Of a stretch of 64,000 nt of DNA, positions 52,481-64,000 are shown one piece after another. A program made the position numbers and the translations under genes. Source of the stretch: Octopus sinensis (lineage: Eukaryota); contig NC_043003.1 in NCBI RefSeq assembly GCF_006345805.1, forward strand, positions 45,012,001 through 45,076,000. The letters are read 5' to 3'. The number at the start of each line of letters is the position of its first letter. Within the stretch, counting starts at the first letter, position 1. The notes below the pieces were generated by a model, which worked only from the letters and a program-made list of their open reading frames with translations, did no database searches and had not been told where the DNA came from.

Positions 52481-55400
52481 TAGAACACTGGGGGACGTTT
52501 AAGAGAGAACACCGGGGGACGTTTAAGATGTAAGAAGGAAAATACAGAGCTCCGAAATCTATCCACAAACATCAAAAACAAGGACACCCTATGGAGCCAA
52601 AGATTTACTAACAAAGAATTGGACTGTATCCGAGTAAGCAATACTAATTGAAATTTATTACTATTTTCGAAACGAAATGATGTATTTTGACTCGATATCA
52701 TCTCCACCTCTAAAACAACACATGTAAACATGCGTGGAACATCACGATCATCCCCGACCCCAAACACCATGTACAAAGGAACTACGAAGAAATTAAATGC
52801 CACCGATACTATTCAACCCAAGAATAACAATCGAGCGGTACGTACATTAAACTTACAACAAAAAATGTACGAAAAACTACACGTGCGAAATAACGTGACA
52901 ACAGAAATAAACGGACCGGTACCCTACGAAAATGACGACCGTCAAAATAATGGGCCGGACGTTGTACCTCATGTCCCGCAAATAAAACCCAAAAGACGTA
53001 AATGAACACGTGAGGAATACATTTCTATCTTACACGCATACTTCACAGCAGTGCTCTACCCCAAAAATGAAAATACAACAACACATACATATAAAATATG
53101 GAAGGAAAATAATAGAGATATCGACTTGGATACGGCAATGAACCCTAATAAATTAGCTAACGTACGAAGATACATTCTCAACACAAAAAAAAAATATCAG
53201 AAATAGAAATAGAACATCTAAAAGAAAAAATACACCAGGTAAATGTAGATAGAAGCCACACAACAATGCCCAATAATATAAACACTGAAACTGTAAAACA
53301 CGAAGACAAACGCAACGTTCCCAACAAACACGATGTAAACAACGAAGGGGAGCCTAATGATTATGATAATATAAAAAATAAAATAATCAAAGAACTGAAA
53401 ACCACAGAGCTCAAAATGGACCACCGACCATACCTACCAAGAATCAAAATAAACGAAATAACAACACCAATGATAAACAGCATAAACCTAGCCGTCACTG
53501 AACTAATAGCCACTGAAACAAAAAAAAGTGATATCACTGAGCTAAATGACTTAATATACGCAGCAGCCACTGCAGCCACAAAAGAAGCTGGATACTCACC
53601 CAAACCCGCCCAAACAGGGGTACCAACACGCAAACAAACCCTGTGGATAAATAACATCCAAAACAAAATAAAAAAAATTAGAAAAGACCTGTCGATTCTT
53701 AATGAAATCAGCAAACAATCAACGCTACTAAGCAACAAAAAGAGAACAAAAATACTCCGCAAATATAACATCACAGCAAAAGATTTGCCTGAGATAAAAG
53801 AAAAGCTGAAGCAAGATATCCTTACCAAGGCACAAAGGATCCGCCGGTACGAGAAACGCCAACGCTTCTTTGAACAAAACAAAAAGTTCAACTCCAACCC
53901 CAAAAAGTTCTACCAAGAACTGGGCAAAAATAAAATAGAAGTCACTGCAGCACCAACGGCAGAAGAATTGGAAGAATTCTGGAGAGAAATATGGTCGGCG
54001 AACGAACAACCCAAAAAAAGGAGTATCAAAATAACAAACTCGGCATCTGAACAACTTTGGACCCTCATAACAACTGAAGAGGTCACCCAGGCACTGCAAA
54101 GACTAAGCAACTGGAAGGCACCTGGGCATGACAAGATCCCCAACTTCTGGTTGAAACATCTAACAGGAATGCACAAAAAGCTGGCTGAAAACTTTAACAA
54201 CATACTAGCAGAGCCAGAGACAATGCCTGAATGGCTCACGAAGGGGAAAACCATTAATTCCCAAATCAAATGAAACAGCAAAACCAGAAAACTACAGACC
54301 AATAACTGCCTCCCTACTATGTTCAAGGCATTTACTGCAGTGATATCGCAAAGGCTGAACAAGCACCTGGACGAAAACAAACTGTTCCCAGAAGAGCAGA
54401 AAGGATGCCGCAAAGGCTCATATGGCTGTAAAGATCAACTAATGATTAATAAAGCCATAACTGAAGACAGCCACAGAAAGAAGAAAGGCCTCAGTATGGC
54501 CTGGATTGACTACAAAAATGCGTTTGATAGCATCCCCTACACATAGATCCTCGAAACACTAGCCATTAACAAAGTAGCACCAACAATCATAAAATCATAG
54601 AGCACTCTATGAATAAATGGCAAACAGTCCTACACCTCCAAACAAAAGCGGGACTCATGAAAACCAAAGACATCCCCTTTTGAAGAGGAATATTCCAGGG
54701 AGAACGCTCTCTCCACTCCTTTTCTGCTTGGCACTGTCACCTCTATCTGATATACTAAATAGAACTGGATGCGGATATAAATGTACGGCAACAAAAACGA
54801 TCAGCCAATCTTATATATGGATGACCTAAAACTATACGCTGCAAATGACAAAAACAGTGAAACACTATTAAAGACAGTTCGTGGATTTACCAAAGAAATA
54901 GATATGAAATTTGGATTAGAAAAATGCGCCAAAGTAACCATGAAAAGAGGAAAACTAGTTAAGAGTAACAACATCACACTAGATAAAACCAATGAAATAA
55001 AAGAATTAGGCCAAAGTCAAACTTACAAATACTTAGGAATCCATGAACTAGATAAGACACAATACACAAATGAAAGAGAAAATAAAAAAAGAATATTATA
55101 GACGAGTTAGATCGATACTAAAAACAGAGCTCAATGCTAAAAACAAGATAATAGGTATCAACACTGTAGCTGTCCCAGTTATAAGTTACAGCTACAATAT
55201 CCTTAACTGGACACGAAATGAACTGACCAAAATAGATAGGAAAACAAGAAAAATAATGACAGGATCTAGGATGCATCACCCAAAATCTGACATAGAAAGA
55301 CTATATATACAACGTATAGAAGGTGGTAGAGGCCTTATAGAGCTGGAAAACTACTATAAAATAACCACCATAGGACTGCAAAAATATCTACTTCAGAAGG

Positions 55401-56580
55401 AAGGAAAATTGATCCAGATAGTGGCAAAACACGAGCAAAACAAAAACTGTTCTCAGTATTTAAGGAAGCTGAAAATACAAACAAGAAATCATACCACCTA
55501 ATAACATGAAGAAGAAGAAGAAGAAGAAGAAGAAGAAGAGAAGAAGAAGAAGAAGAAGAAGAAGAAGAAGAAGAAGAAGAAGAGAAGAAGAAGAAGAAGA
55601 AGAAGAAGAAGAAGAAGAAGAAGAAGAAGAAGAAGAGAAGAAGAAGATGAAGAAACAAAAGCCATAAAACAAATGAAATCCAAACTAAAAGTAGAACAGC
55701 AACGAACCATGATAAAACGATGGCAAGAAAAGCCCTTTCATGGTAAATACTGCACTAAACTAAACGCAAAAGAAATAGACAAAGAAAAATCCCAGCAATG
55801 GTTGAGAAGCTCAGGACTCAAAGCAGAGACAGAGGGATTTTTAATTGCAGCACAAGACCAAAGCCACCCCACCAGAAATTACCAAAAACATGTAATGAAA
55901 AAGAAAATTACAAGTAACTGCAGAATATGTGGAGATGGACAAGAAACAATAAATCATATTATCTCTAGCTGCCCAGTCCTGACTAAGAAGGAAATATTCA
56001 CAGACATGACAGAGTTGGAACCTACATACATGGAAGCTATGCCAACATTATGGAATAACAACAGAAAAAAGATGGTATAGGCACACACCAGAAAATGTCA
56101 CAGAAAACGAGAAAGCAACCATACTCTGGGATATGCCGATACACACAGATAGAGAAATTAAGGCCAACAGACCAGATATAGTTGTCAGAGATCATGAAGA
56201 AAAAAAGAATGCTTTCTAATTGATGTATCAATACCGGCAGATGACAACGTGTCTCTAAAAGAAATGGAGAAACTCTCAAAATACAAAGACCTGGAAATAG
56301 AGGTAACTAGAATGTGGAATCTGAAAACAGAAATAATTCCTATCATTGTAGGTGTATTAGGCATGATAAAAAATATTCAGACAAATACATAACAAAAACA
56401 CCAGGACTTACAAATACATATAACATACAGAAAATTGCACTACTAGGCACTGCACACCCTACGCAAACACTTTCCATACAATAACCATCAGAGCATCACA
56501 ACAAATCACAGCACATACCCAAGGCACACAGAGCTGCGCTCGGTAGTGAAGTGAAAGCACGCTTAAAAATAAAACTACTG
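52481..56580 (+). mobile_element. Near full-length R4/Dong-type non-LTR retrotransposon (RT + CCHC + restriction-like endonuclease), ORF disrupted
   Basis: KAPGHDKIPNFWLK, EEQKGCRKG, WIDYKNAFDSIP, YMDD (54814-54825), KFGLEKCA, YKYLG, EGGRGL, EGFLIAAQDQ, CRICGDGQETINHIISSC (from 55919), RPDIVV (about 56169). No apurinic endonuclease domain. Flanked by (AAT)n. Confidence 0.93.
55508..55654 (+). repeat. (GAA)n tract inside the Dong ORF
   Basis: About 147 bp of GAA with a few 1-nt phase slips. Confidence 0.95.
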
Positions 56581-56587
56581 AATAATG

Positions 56588-56670
<83 letters not shown>

Positions 56671-56672
56671 TG

Positions 56673-56704
<32 letters not shown>

Positions 56705-56729
56705 TAATAATAATAATAATAATAATAAT

Positions 56730-57098
56730 AATGCTTCTAATTGATGTATCAATACGGCAGATGACAAGTGTCTCTAAAAGAAATGGAGAAACTCTCAAAA
56801 TACAAAGACCTGGAAATAGAGGTAACTAGAATGTGGAACTGAAACATAAACACATTCCCTCATAGTAGGTGCATTAGGCATGATAAAAAATATTCAGACA
56901 AATACATAACAAAAACACCAGGACTTACAAACACATATAACATACAGAAAATTGCACTACTAGGCTGCACACATCCTACGCAGAACACTTTCCATACAAT
57001 AACCATCGAGATCACAACAAATCACAGCACATACCCAAGGCACACAGAGCTGCGCTCGGTAGTGAAATGAAAGCACGCTATAACAATAAAAACTACTG
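56730..57098 (+). mobile_element. 5'-truncated second copy of the main Dong family, between (TAA)n arrays
   Basis: Direct repeat of about 56208-56580 with substitutions and 1-nt indels. (AAT)n at 56581-56730 and 57099-57229. Confidence 0.9.
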
Positions 57099-57239
57099 AA
57101 TAATAATAATATAATAATAATAATATAATAATAATAATAATAATAATAATAACGATAATAATGATAATAATAACAATAATATAATATAATAATAATAATA
57201 ATTAATATAATAATAATAATAATATAATATACACCTGTC

Positions 57240-57790
57240 ACATTACATTTTCCCCATTTTTCTTTTAGGAGGGCGTAGCCACAACAAGATACACACCAGT
57301 CATCCCATTCATTTCCCAGCTCAAAAAGGGCGAGACCCGTTCTATGCTCGGGTCAAAGCATAGACCGCAATCCTGAATATCAGCAGCACAGCCAGACAGG
57401 ATATGTTGGTTTACCACCGCCGCATCATGCTTGTTCCGTACCCCCTTGAGCAATATCAAAATTCACTTATCCATCCACAAACACTTTCCAAGCTTTCTTA
57501 TTATTTATAAACTCTCTTAACTCTCTCACTCCAACACCTCCAACTACCGAGGTCTGCCTCTGGTTTCGTTGCCTACCAATTCAGCCTTCATCGCCCTCCT
57601 TATTATCCATTCCTCATCCCTCCTCTCCATGTGGCCAAACCACCTCAAAATTCATTCCTTCCACTCCACAACTGTCTTCTTCACATGCACACTAACCAGC
57701 AATGTCAATTCCTCACGCGCCCATCCTCTCCAACTCTCGAAACTCATCGAATCACATCGCCAAACTGATACTCTCTCTCTCACATTGTAA
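57240..57790 (-). mobile_element. RTE-like LINE 3' end with 3' UTR
   Basis: WFGHMERRDEEWIIRRAMKAELVGNETRGRPR (57642 downwards), the WFGH..R...RGRP pattern. Confidence 0.75.
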
Positions 57791-59569
57791 ATATCTGTTA
57801 GAGCAAGATGATAAAGGTTAGTTAAGAAATATTAATAAAAATTCTAGGGCGATAGAAGATCTCGATGGGTATCACGAAAATGCACTTAGGTAGGGCATTG
57901 TGACCGATGTGCTTGCGGGGGGATAACGCCTTTAACAATTCTTCAACGCTATCGTTTGTTAGTTCTGGATAATTACATCACAAAAAAAATGTGACTAACC
58001 CATGTTATTTTCTACGTCTTTGCACCACTACATTTCACGTCTATTTCGGGAATATTACAGATGGAAGTGAACTTTTCTGCCTATAGCTACAGATTCCAAC
58101 AATTCACTATTGGGATGCGGAGTCCTGGGAAAGGCTGATAACTGCCCAGGTAATACGGGTATTGGGGGGGAGGGAAGCACTAGAGTTCGGTAGCCTTGCA
58201 TACAAACATTACTTCCATATGACAAATTTCGGTGGCCTCGGCAAATGTCTGTTGCATGATGAAAAACCTGGCCTCTCGCTGCTGTATGACGATTTGAAAT
58301 GGAAATGTTGTCAGTCAATAGGGCTCAGAATTCACAAGCTAAGCGAGTTAAAATGGTTTTTCTTTTGAGATACGAGCCGAACAAGGAAGACAACGTATAG
58401 AATTCAAATCCTGTAGCTCTGCTAAATTTAGCGATTAAATGTGTATTGTTTGGGATCGGCTTAGAAATCTCGTCACTTGTTAAACTATTTCAGGTAACAA
58501 GATAGAGATATAAGATAGCAGGATTCGTAGGATGATTGTCACCGCGGCAATTTACTACATCTATCTAGAGGCATCTAGAGGCATCCCCCAAAACAATAGT
58601 CTCCGCAGTGAGGATTAAATCATAGTGTACACACCCATCCTCTGTAACAGTACTACCTCTTCGATTTATGAAGATGAAGACCAGACCGAGATCTAAGGCC
58701 ATCAGAATCAATCGGAAGAATGAGATAAAAGCCGTCTAAAAATAAAAAAGAAGAATTATTTAGCCGTATTTGTTTAAATGCCAGTATGGATACACTACAC
58801 CTGAAGTATGTATTATCATATGAAACTGGGAGCCAGAAGCGTGATGCGAACAAAAGCGTGCATATACTGAGAGTTTTATATATCCAGTTTGCGATTCAAA
58901 ACATACGTCGCTCAATAAGAAATCTCCAAAAGGCATTGATGCAACTTCCAGCAGTGGAGTAGAAAACTAGCATTCTGTAAAACCACTATAGAGTAACAAG
59001 CTAGTCTTTATGTCGAAATTAAACAGCCAGAGAGAAGCAAAGATAAAGATAATCGGTTTGCTATATGGGTTAGATATCTACTGGCTAACTGCAGTCATGT
59101 TGCTAAACACACAAGTGTGAAAAAACAAGTAAAGATTCCTTCGTTTGTTTATATTTGTTACTATTAGAAATGTGTTATATAAAAACTGTTATCATTTTTA
59201 TTAATGCAACATATTATTAATTTGTTTATCATTATATTTTATTCTGATTATTGCTCATTTTCTTATGTGCGCAACATTTTCTCGAAGAGAATATTAATTG
59301 TGACAAGACATATCACCATTCAATGCAAACTATTAATTAAAAAATATTGTTTCATATATTCCATTATTTTCCTTAATATATTTACCCCTTATTATTAAAA
59401 TTATCAGTGTTATTGTTGTTGTTGTTTATCTGTCAGATATTAATATCTGTCAGATATTAATACAAAAGGATATACGACAGGTAATTTCAAAGAAATTCCA
59501 AGTTATATACATTACTTGAAGGGTATGATCAGTTTTTTATAATCAATATCATGTGAAAGCATATATATA

Positions 59570-59609
<40 letters not shown>

Positions 59610-60081
59610 GCACTAGTGTAATGCATTAATGAATGTAATTTTATTTATTAGATATACTAAAAAATATTTAAAACGTAAACACACACACTAGCGTCGCACA
59701 AGTAGATGCATACATCATTTTCTGCATTTTTTTATGTATGTAGTTGATATGTGCGTCATTTGATATACTGACGTTCTCTTTGTTTCTTATAACAGTTCTT
59801 ACACACACATAAACACACACGCACAAACACATACATTTATGACTTACTTGTCGGTATGTGTGCGTGTTTGTGCGTGTGTGTGTGTACAAATGTATCAGTA
59901 TGCATCCATACAGAGTTGTGTAGAATAATGAATCAGTTATGACATACACGTTTATGATATAATAAATATATATCAAATAAGCATATGTGTTTGTATTAGT
60001 GTTTAGGTGTCCATATGTATACACATACTTTTATATATAGTATGCATGTAAGATATATTATGAATCTGATATGTGGTGTGT

Positions 60082-60146
<65 letters not shown>

Positions 60147-60255
60147 CGAGTGTGCATTGTGTGTGTATACATATGTATAACTCATTAAAAGTCAGATTGA
60201 ATGGAAAAATTCTCTGAATGCAACAGAGAATGACAGCCCCACGATTGACCGAGAG

Positions 60256-62400
60256 GTGGGAGTCGAGAATCAATCAAACCTAGTTAACACAGAAATGATC
60301 TTGGACACGAGTACGGCTATTCATTCGAACAGCGAACGAAGTGCAAACAACTTTGGATGCAAGCTGTTCTGTAGAACCTTTGCAGCTGTGAGAGGCTTGA
60401 AGATACATCAGGGAAATACTTGTGAGAAGACAGAGACATGTGGATCATCTGATCGTAAAACACGTGGTAAATTCATCCCCGGACTCAAACCACAGCGGAT
60501 CGATAAATGCTACAGCATAAACCTCTTCCCGACAGGAAACTGAAAGCTATGAAACTGGTGCATCAGATAATACACGGAGGAAACTGAGGGCTTTGTGGCC
60601 TGCTGGTAATGAGAAAGGGAAATATAAAGAGTTTAAAAACAAAGTATGTCGAGCTCTTTATAAAATGATAGGCTATTCAGTGGAGAACCTGGGAAAATTA
60701 ACAAGCTCAATTTACGATACAGGAAAGGAATTATTTGGATTGAAAGAGAGTATCCGATTGGTGAAAGGGAAGTGTGAAACAAGCAGGAGGATCAGGAAAA
60801 TGAAACAGTTGAGGAAGGAAAAGACCAGCCTAAGAAAGCGAGGGAAATGTGCTACAGAAGATGAAAAACCTGGCCCCGCGCTGCTGTATGACGATTTGAA
60901 ATGGAAATGTCATTATGTGCTACGACATATCCTCCGATATGAGCGTCAAAAGGAGAATAAAACGTCTCGGGGTCAGCTTCTGAAGGACCCCTACGGGTTT
61001 ACTTAGAAGCTGTTCCCTGAACCGAAGTGTGGCCCTTCATCGTGCACGAAAGAAGAATTGGACACTCATATCAAAGAAACCTACAGCGATACGCACCGTA
61101 ACCAGCCACTGCCAACTCCACATGGGCTAAATCATCTCTCAGAACCTGATATCGAATTCAAAATTGGTGACATCAGTGAGAGAGAGAGAGGTAAATGATT
61201 TCATAATAAATCTAGAGCGAAGAGTGCCCCAGGAGGTAATGGCGTCTCATATAAAGTTTATAAATATTGCAAACGTCTGCGAAAGAAACTCTTTGTCCTA
61301 CTCCGACAATAGAGGATGGGTGTAAGGCAGAAGGTATATACCTGCCGAAGGAGGCCAATGCAGAGACTATAAAACAGTTTAGGCCAAAATCCTTCTTGAA
61401 TGTGGAAAGCAAAATCTTTATGGGAATTCTTTCGACGCAGATCAATTCAGACCGTTTGCGAGTATGATGCGGAGCAAACGCTGATTTGTCGTTAGCAACA
61501 GCCTCAAAACGAGGGAAGCAGAGAGCTTCATTTGATCCAATGTATTCAACAAGGGCAGATGACGAGATGGGAAGAACATGTTCTTGAGAGGAAAATATGT
61601 TGGGATGAGATATGAAAGTGGGCCACATCTCGACTTAGTTTTCTGATTCGTTCATCCTGTGATTTTTTGCCATCACCTACAAATCTAGTGAGATGGAACG
61701 TCTCAGAGAATAATATACAAATACGGAAAGGGCGGAACACTGAAATAGATTCTTTCCAACTGTTCATTAGCATTAAACAGTATACATGGAAACACAACCT
61801 GGTCCTTAAGGTAAACTTCAATGATACGAAGAACCAAATGGATCTCAACAGCAGTGAGAAAAAACCGTTGCAATTACCAACTAGAAATGTCATTACCTTC
61901 GTGCGCTGAGGTCAGCGGATCCGTTTCAAGAAGAACAAGAATCTCCCTGTGAGAGATGAAAAGTGGACCAGACATGTGAAGACGCAGGCTGGAAAGCGGA
62001 GCATTTTCCAATCGAAGTCGGCTGTAGAGAGTTTGTTGGACACTGTGTGAGACGACTGTTGTTATCATTAGGCTTAACTCATTGTAAGGTAAATACCACC
62101 ATGACCGATATCCAAACTACAGTGGAGAAGGCTAGCCACTGGTTAAAAAGAGACGGTGAGCGATGGCTAGAAAAATATTGAGCTGTATTTAGCAGCAAGT
62201 TGATCTAGCAGGTGTTGCCTCATATATGTGATGGTTGCGAGTGCGCATTGATGCCGTCGAGAGGTAGGCCCCGAAACAGCGCGCATTCTCTCCTGATGAC
62301 CCCATACACTTGCTGGCTTCCGGTATGCGGAGTTCTCGACTGATAGCACTTGCATGTGCAAGTTGTTTGCAAGACAACTATCACTTGAAATATAAATATG
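60256..62400 (+). mobile_element. Hero/R2-like non-LTR retrotransposon with internal deletions
   Basis: N-terminal zinc finger CKLFC...GLKIHQGNTC; KDPYGF; KSAPGGNGVSYKVYKYC; GIYLPKE...QFRP; FLIRS.CDFLPSPTNL; FPIEVGCR; VEKASHW. The RT core and the PD motif region appear to be missing. Confidence 0.8.
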
Positions 62401-62823
62401 AATGAAAAGAAACAAATTTCATCCTATCCCTGTAACTCATCCGCTGCACTGTTTCAATCTTTGTGGTGTAGTGGAGTTGAGCTGCTTTAAGCTCCTTTTT
62501 TAGTTTGGCGCTGTGTTAGCCATAATTGTGCGCAGTAGTCCAGGTGGCTGAGAACAAAAGTCCTCCACAGGAAAAGCATAATTTTTGGTCCTGAAGGACT
62601 TCATTATCCAGCCCGCCAGTTGTCTACACTTTGCTGTGCATATCAAATGATGTCATTGAGCATACTGATCCTCAAGTCGTTGTATGTATCTATATATGTT
62701 TGTGTGTGTGTGTGTGTCCATGTCCTTCTGTTCTATCTATCTATCTATCTATCTATTTATCTATCTTTCTATCTATCTCTATCTCTTTCTCTCTTTATAT
62801 ATATATATATGTGTGTGTATGTG

Positions 62824-62825
<2 letters not shown>

Positions 62826-62855
<30 letters not shown>

Positions 62856-62865
62856 TGTATGTATG

Positions 62866-62896
<31 letters not shown>

Positions 62897-62940
62897 GTAT
62901 GTATGTATGTATGCATGCTTGTATGTTTGTATGTATGTAT
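62826..62940 (+). repeat. (TATG)n microsatellite; representative of dozens of TA/CA/TATG/TATC tracts in the window
   Basis: Directly visible. Confidence 0.95.
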
Positions 62941-64000
62941 CTAACCAAGTGTGTGTGGGAGAACTAATATGTATTTTCAAAGATACTCCTCTTTGTTGTT
63001 AATATATTATTTGCAGAAATGAAATATATATATTTCACAAATTATAGGATATTCGCCATTTCAAAAGTGATTTTTTTGGTTTTCTTTTTTGTTTTCTGTA
63101 AATTTATATTTTTCTTTGTGTATCACATCACACATAAAACTGCATTTGATATACGTATTCTAAAAGTTTCTTAGGTTTATTTGATTGGCAGTGTATTTCC
63201 CTTCCCCCACCACCTCTTCGTGTGTAGGCCTGTGTGTGTGTGTGCGTGCATGTGTCTATGTGCGTGTATGTGTTTGTTTGTTTGTGTGTGTGTGTGTGTG
63301 TTCGCGCACGTGCTTATCTCTATAATTTCAATTTGAGTATGTGAACAAACGAGAAGGCGTGAAATGTATGAAAATTACGAACAAAGAGTAATGATGGACA
63401 GATACAAATATACAGCGTATGTTTGTACTTAATATATTATTGTGCGTAATATACACATAAACAGTACGTGTGTGCAGTATGTGTTTATGTGTGTGAATGA
63501 GCGTTATTTTCTGTGGAGAAATGAGTCAAAGAAATGCATCGTAAACCATTTACTAAGATGTGTAGTGTGAGGGAAATTAGGAGGCAGACTCCGAGGTAGT
63601 GAAGGACTCCCAGAAACAATTATAACATCAGTACAAGGATAAATAATAAAGTCTAAAATATGTTTACGGTGTTTTGAAAGCATATTTTAGATATATATTT
63701 AAGTAAGTAATTTATTTTAAGGACATATATATTGCAAGCGCTCATCTGAATATGAATGTAGAGCAAGAAAACGGTGAGTGTAAAAAAAAAAAAAAAAACA
63801 CCGAGAAAGAGGTGATGGTTCAGAGATACTGCAATGGGTAGTGAGAATAGATAAGGAAACTGTGTGTTAATATGTATTTCTGAGCGTGTATGCACTTATT
63901 CTATTTTCTCTGTATGGGTTTTGGAAACCTAATTTCCGATTGTCCATCACGCTATGAATTTGGGAACATGTATATAGCCTACAGTATACTCGTTCGGCCA

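Noticed and set aside
53361-54413. Minus-strand ORFs of 123-180 aa, and 32088-32510 on the plus strand
   Set aside because: They are antisense shadows of Dong-type coding sequence.
59428-59461. Short tandem duplications (also 8721-8765, about 41140-41215, and 58563-58584)
   Set aside because: Two-unit slippage duplications, common and uninformative. They are not CRISPR-like because there are no unique spacers.
62270-62330. GAAAC followed by CTGATGA in the Hero 3' UTR (type II HHR order)
   Set aside because: The would-be stem II strands are CCCC and CCCC and cannot pair; no stem I or III.

Overview
AT-rich, microsatellite-dense animal genomic DNA. The SINE families and overall repeat make-up look like an octopus (coleoid cephalopod) genome; this is inferred by pattern recognition, not from a database search. 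No complete host protein-coding gene, rRNA, true tRNA or CRISPR array is visible, only three weak exon candidates, so the window is probably intronic or intergenic. Contents: many tRNA-derived SINEs; a near full-length R4/Dong-type non-LTR retrotransposon stacked with two 3' fragments inside a (TAA)n array (52.1-57.2 kb); an internally deleted Hero/R2-like element (60.3-62.4 kb); and decayed RTE, mariner, pogo, Helitron-like and Penelope-like (PLE) pieces. The most striking signal is a set of short, mutually unrelated repeats carrying type I hammerhead ribozyme (HHR) motifs, each about 90-200 nt upstream of a (TA)n-rich microsatellite. One HHR has a fully intact core (1084-1144, minus strand) and two more are one substitution from consensus (1642-1714, 47185-47237). 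Five long head-to-head fold-backs (inverted repeats) adjoin (TA)n tracts and have HHR or HHR-like sequence at or near their inner ends. Most TE boundaries are approximate, and nearly all ORFs in the supplied track are microsatellite or antisense artefacts.
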